A stretch of 25,562 bases of DNA from a virus (taxonomy: Duplodnaviria > Caudoviricetes), in the IMG/VR virus record IMGVR_UViG_3300048577_000324, positions 1 through 25,562 of that record, one strand, 5' to 3'. Position 1 is the stretch's first letter. Every line of letters starts with the position of its first letter. A model generated the notes under the pieces. That model had not been told where the DNA came from and searched no databases. It worked only from the letters and a program-made list of their open reading frames with translations. This document shows, one piece after another, positions 25,562-25,562 of this stretch. The translations under genes and the position numbers were made by a program.

Positions 25562-25562
25562 T

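Larger units (their letters stand above)
920..25562 (-). mobile_element. Prophage (siphovirus morphotype, Firmicutes/Clostridia), late and integration region; continues beyond the right edge
   Basis: Canonical co-oriented order portal-protease-capsid-connectors-tail-TMP-baseplate-fibres-holin-lysin-serine recombinases. The att boundary was not identified. Confidence 0.93.

Noticed and set aside
1-25562. CRISPR array, rRNA, IS transposase, group II intron
   Set aside because: No regularly spaced repeats or characteristic motifs seen by eye.

Overview
Almost the whole window (about 920-25562) is the late half of a Clostridia-type siphovirus prophage, with every credible gene on the minus strand. 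The order is portal, ClpP-type prohead protease, HK97-fold capsid, head-tail and tail genes, tail chaperones joined by a -1 frameshift, tape measure, Dit/Tal/baseplate, two fibre proteins, holin and amidase. Three AT-rich accessory (moron) clusters interrupt this module. After lysis comes an unusual integration module: a 109-aa gene, then four tandem large serine recombinase-family genes (three with catalytic motifs, one without a catalytic domain). In front of it, at 6716-6964, are convergent sigma-A promoters, a G-U-rich cloverleaf antisense RNA and mutually exclusive terminator/antiterminator stems; I read this as an antisense-controlled attenuator. A 40-codon ORF also runs through a second terminator just before the first recombinase. 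Bases 1-741 are the 5' end of a probable host secreted FN3-domain protein. All family assignments are by motif recognition and gene order; no searches were run.
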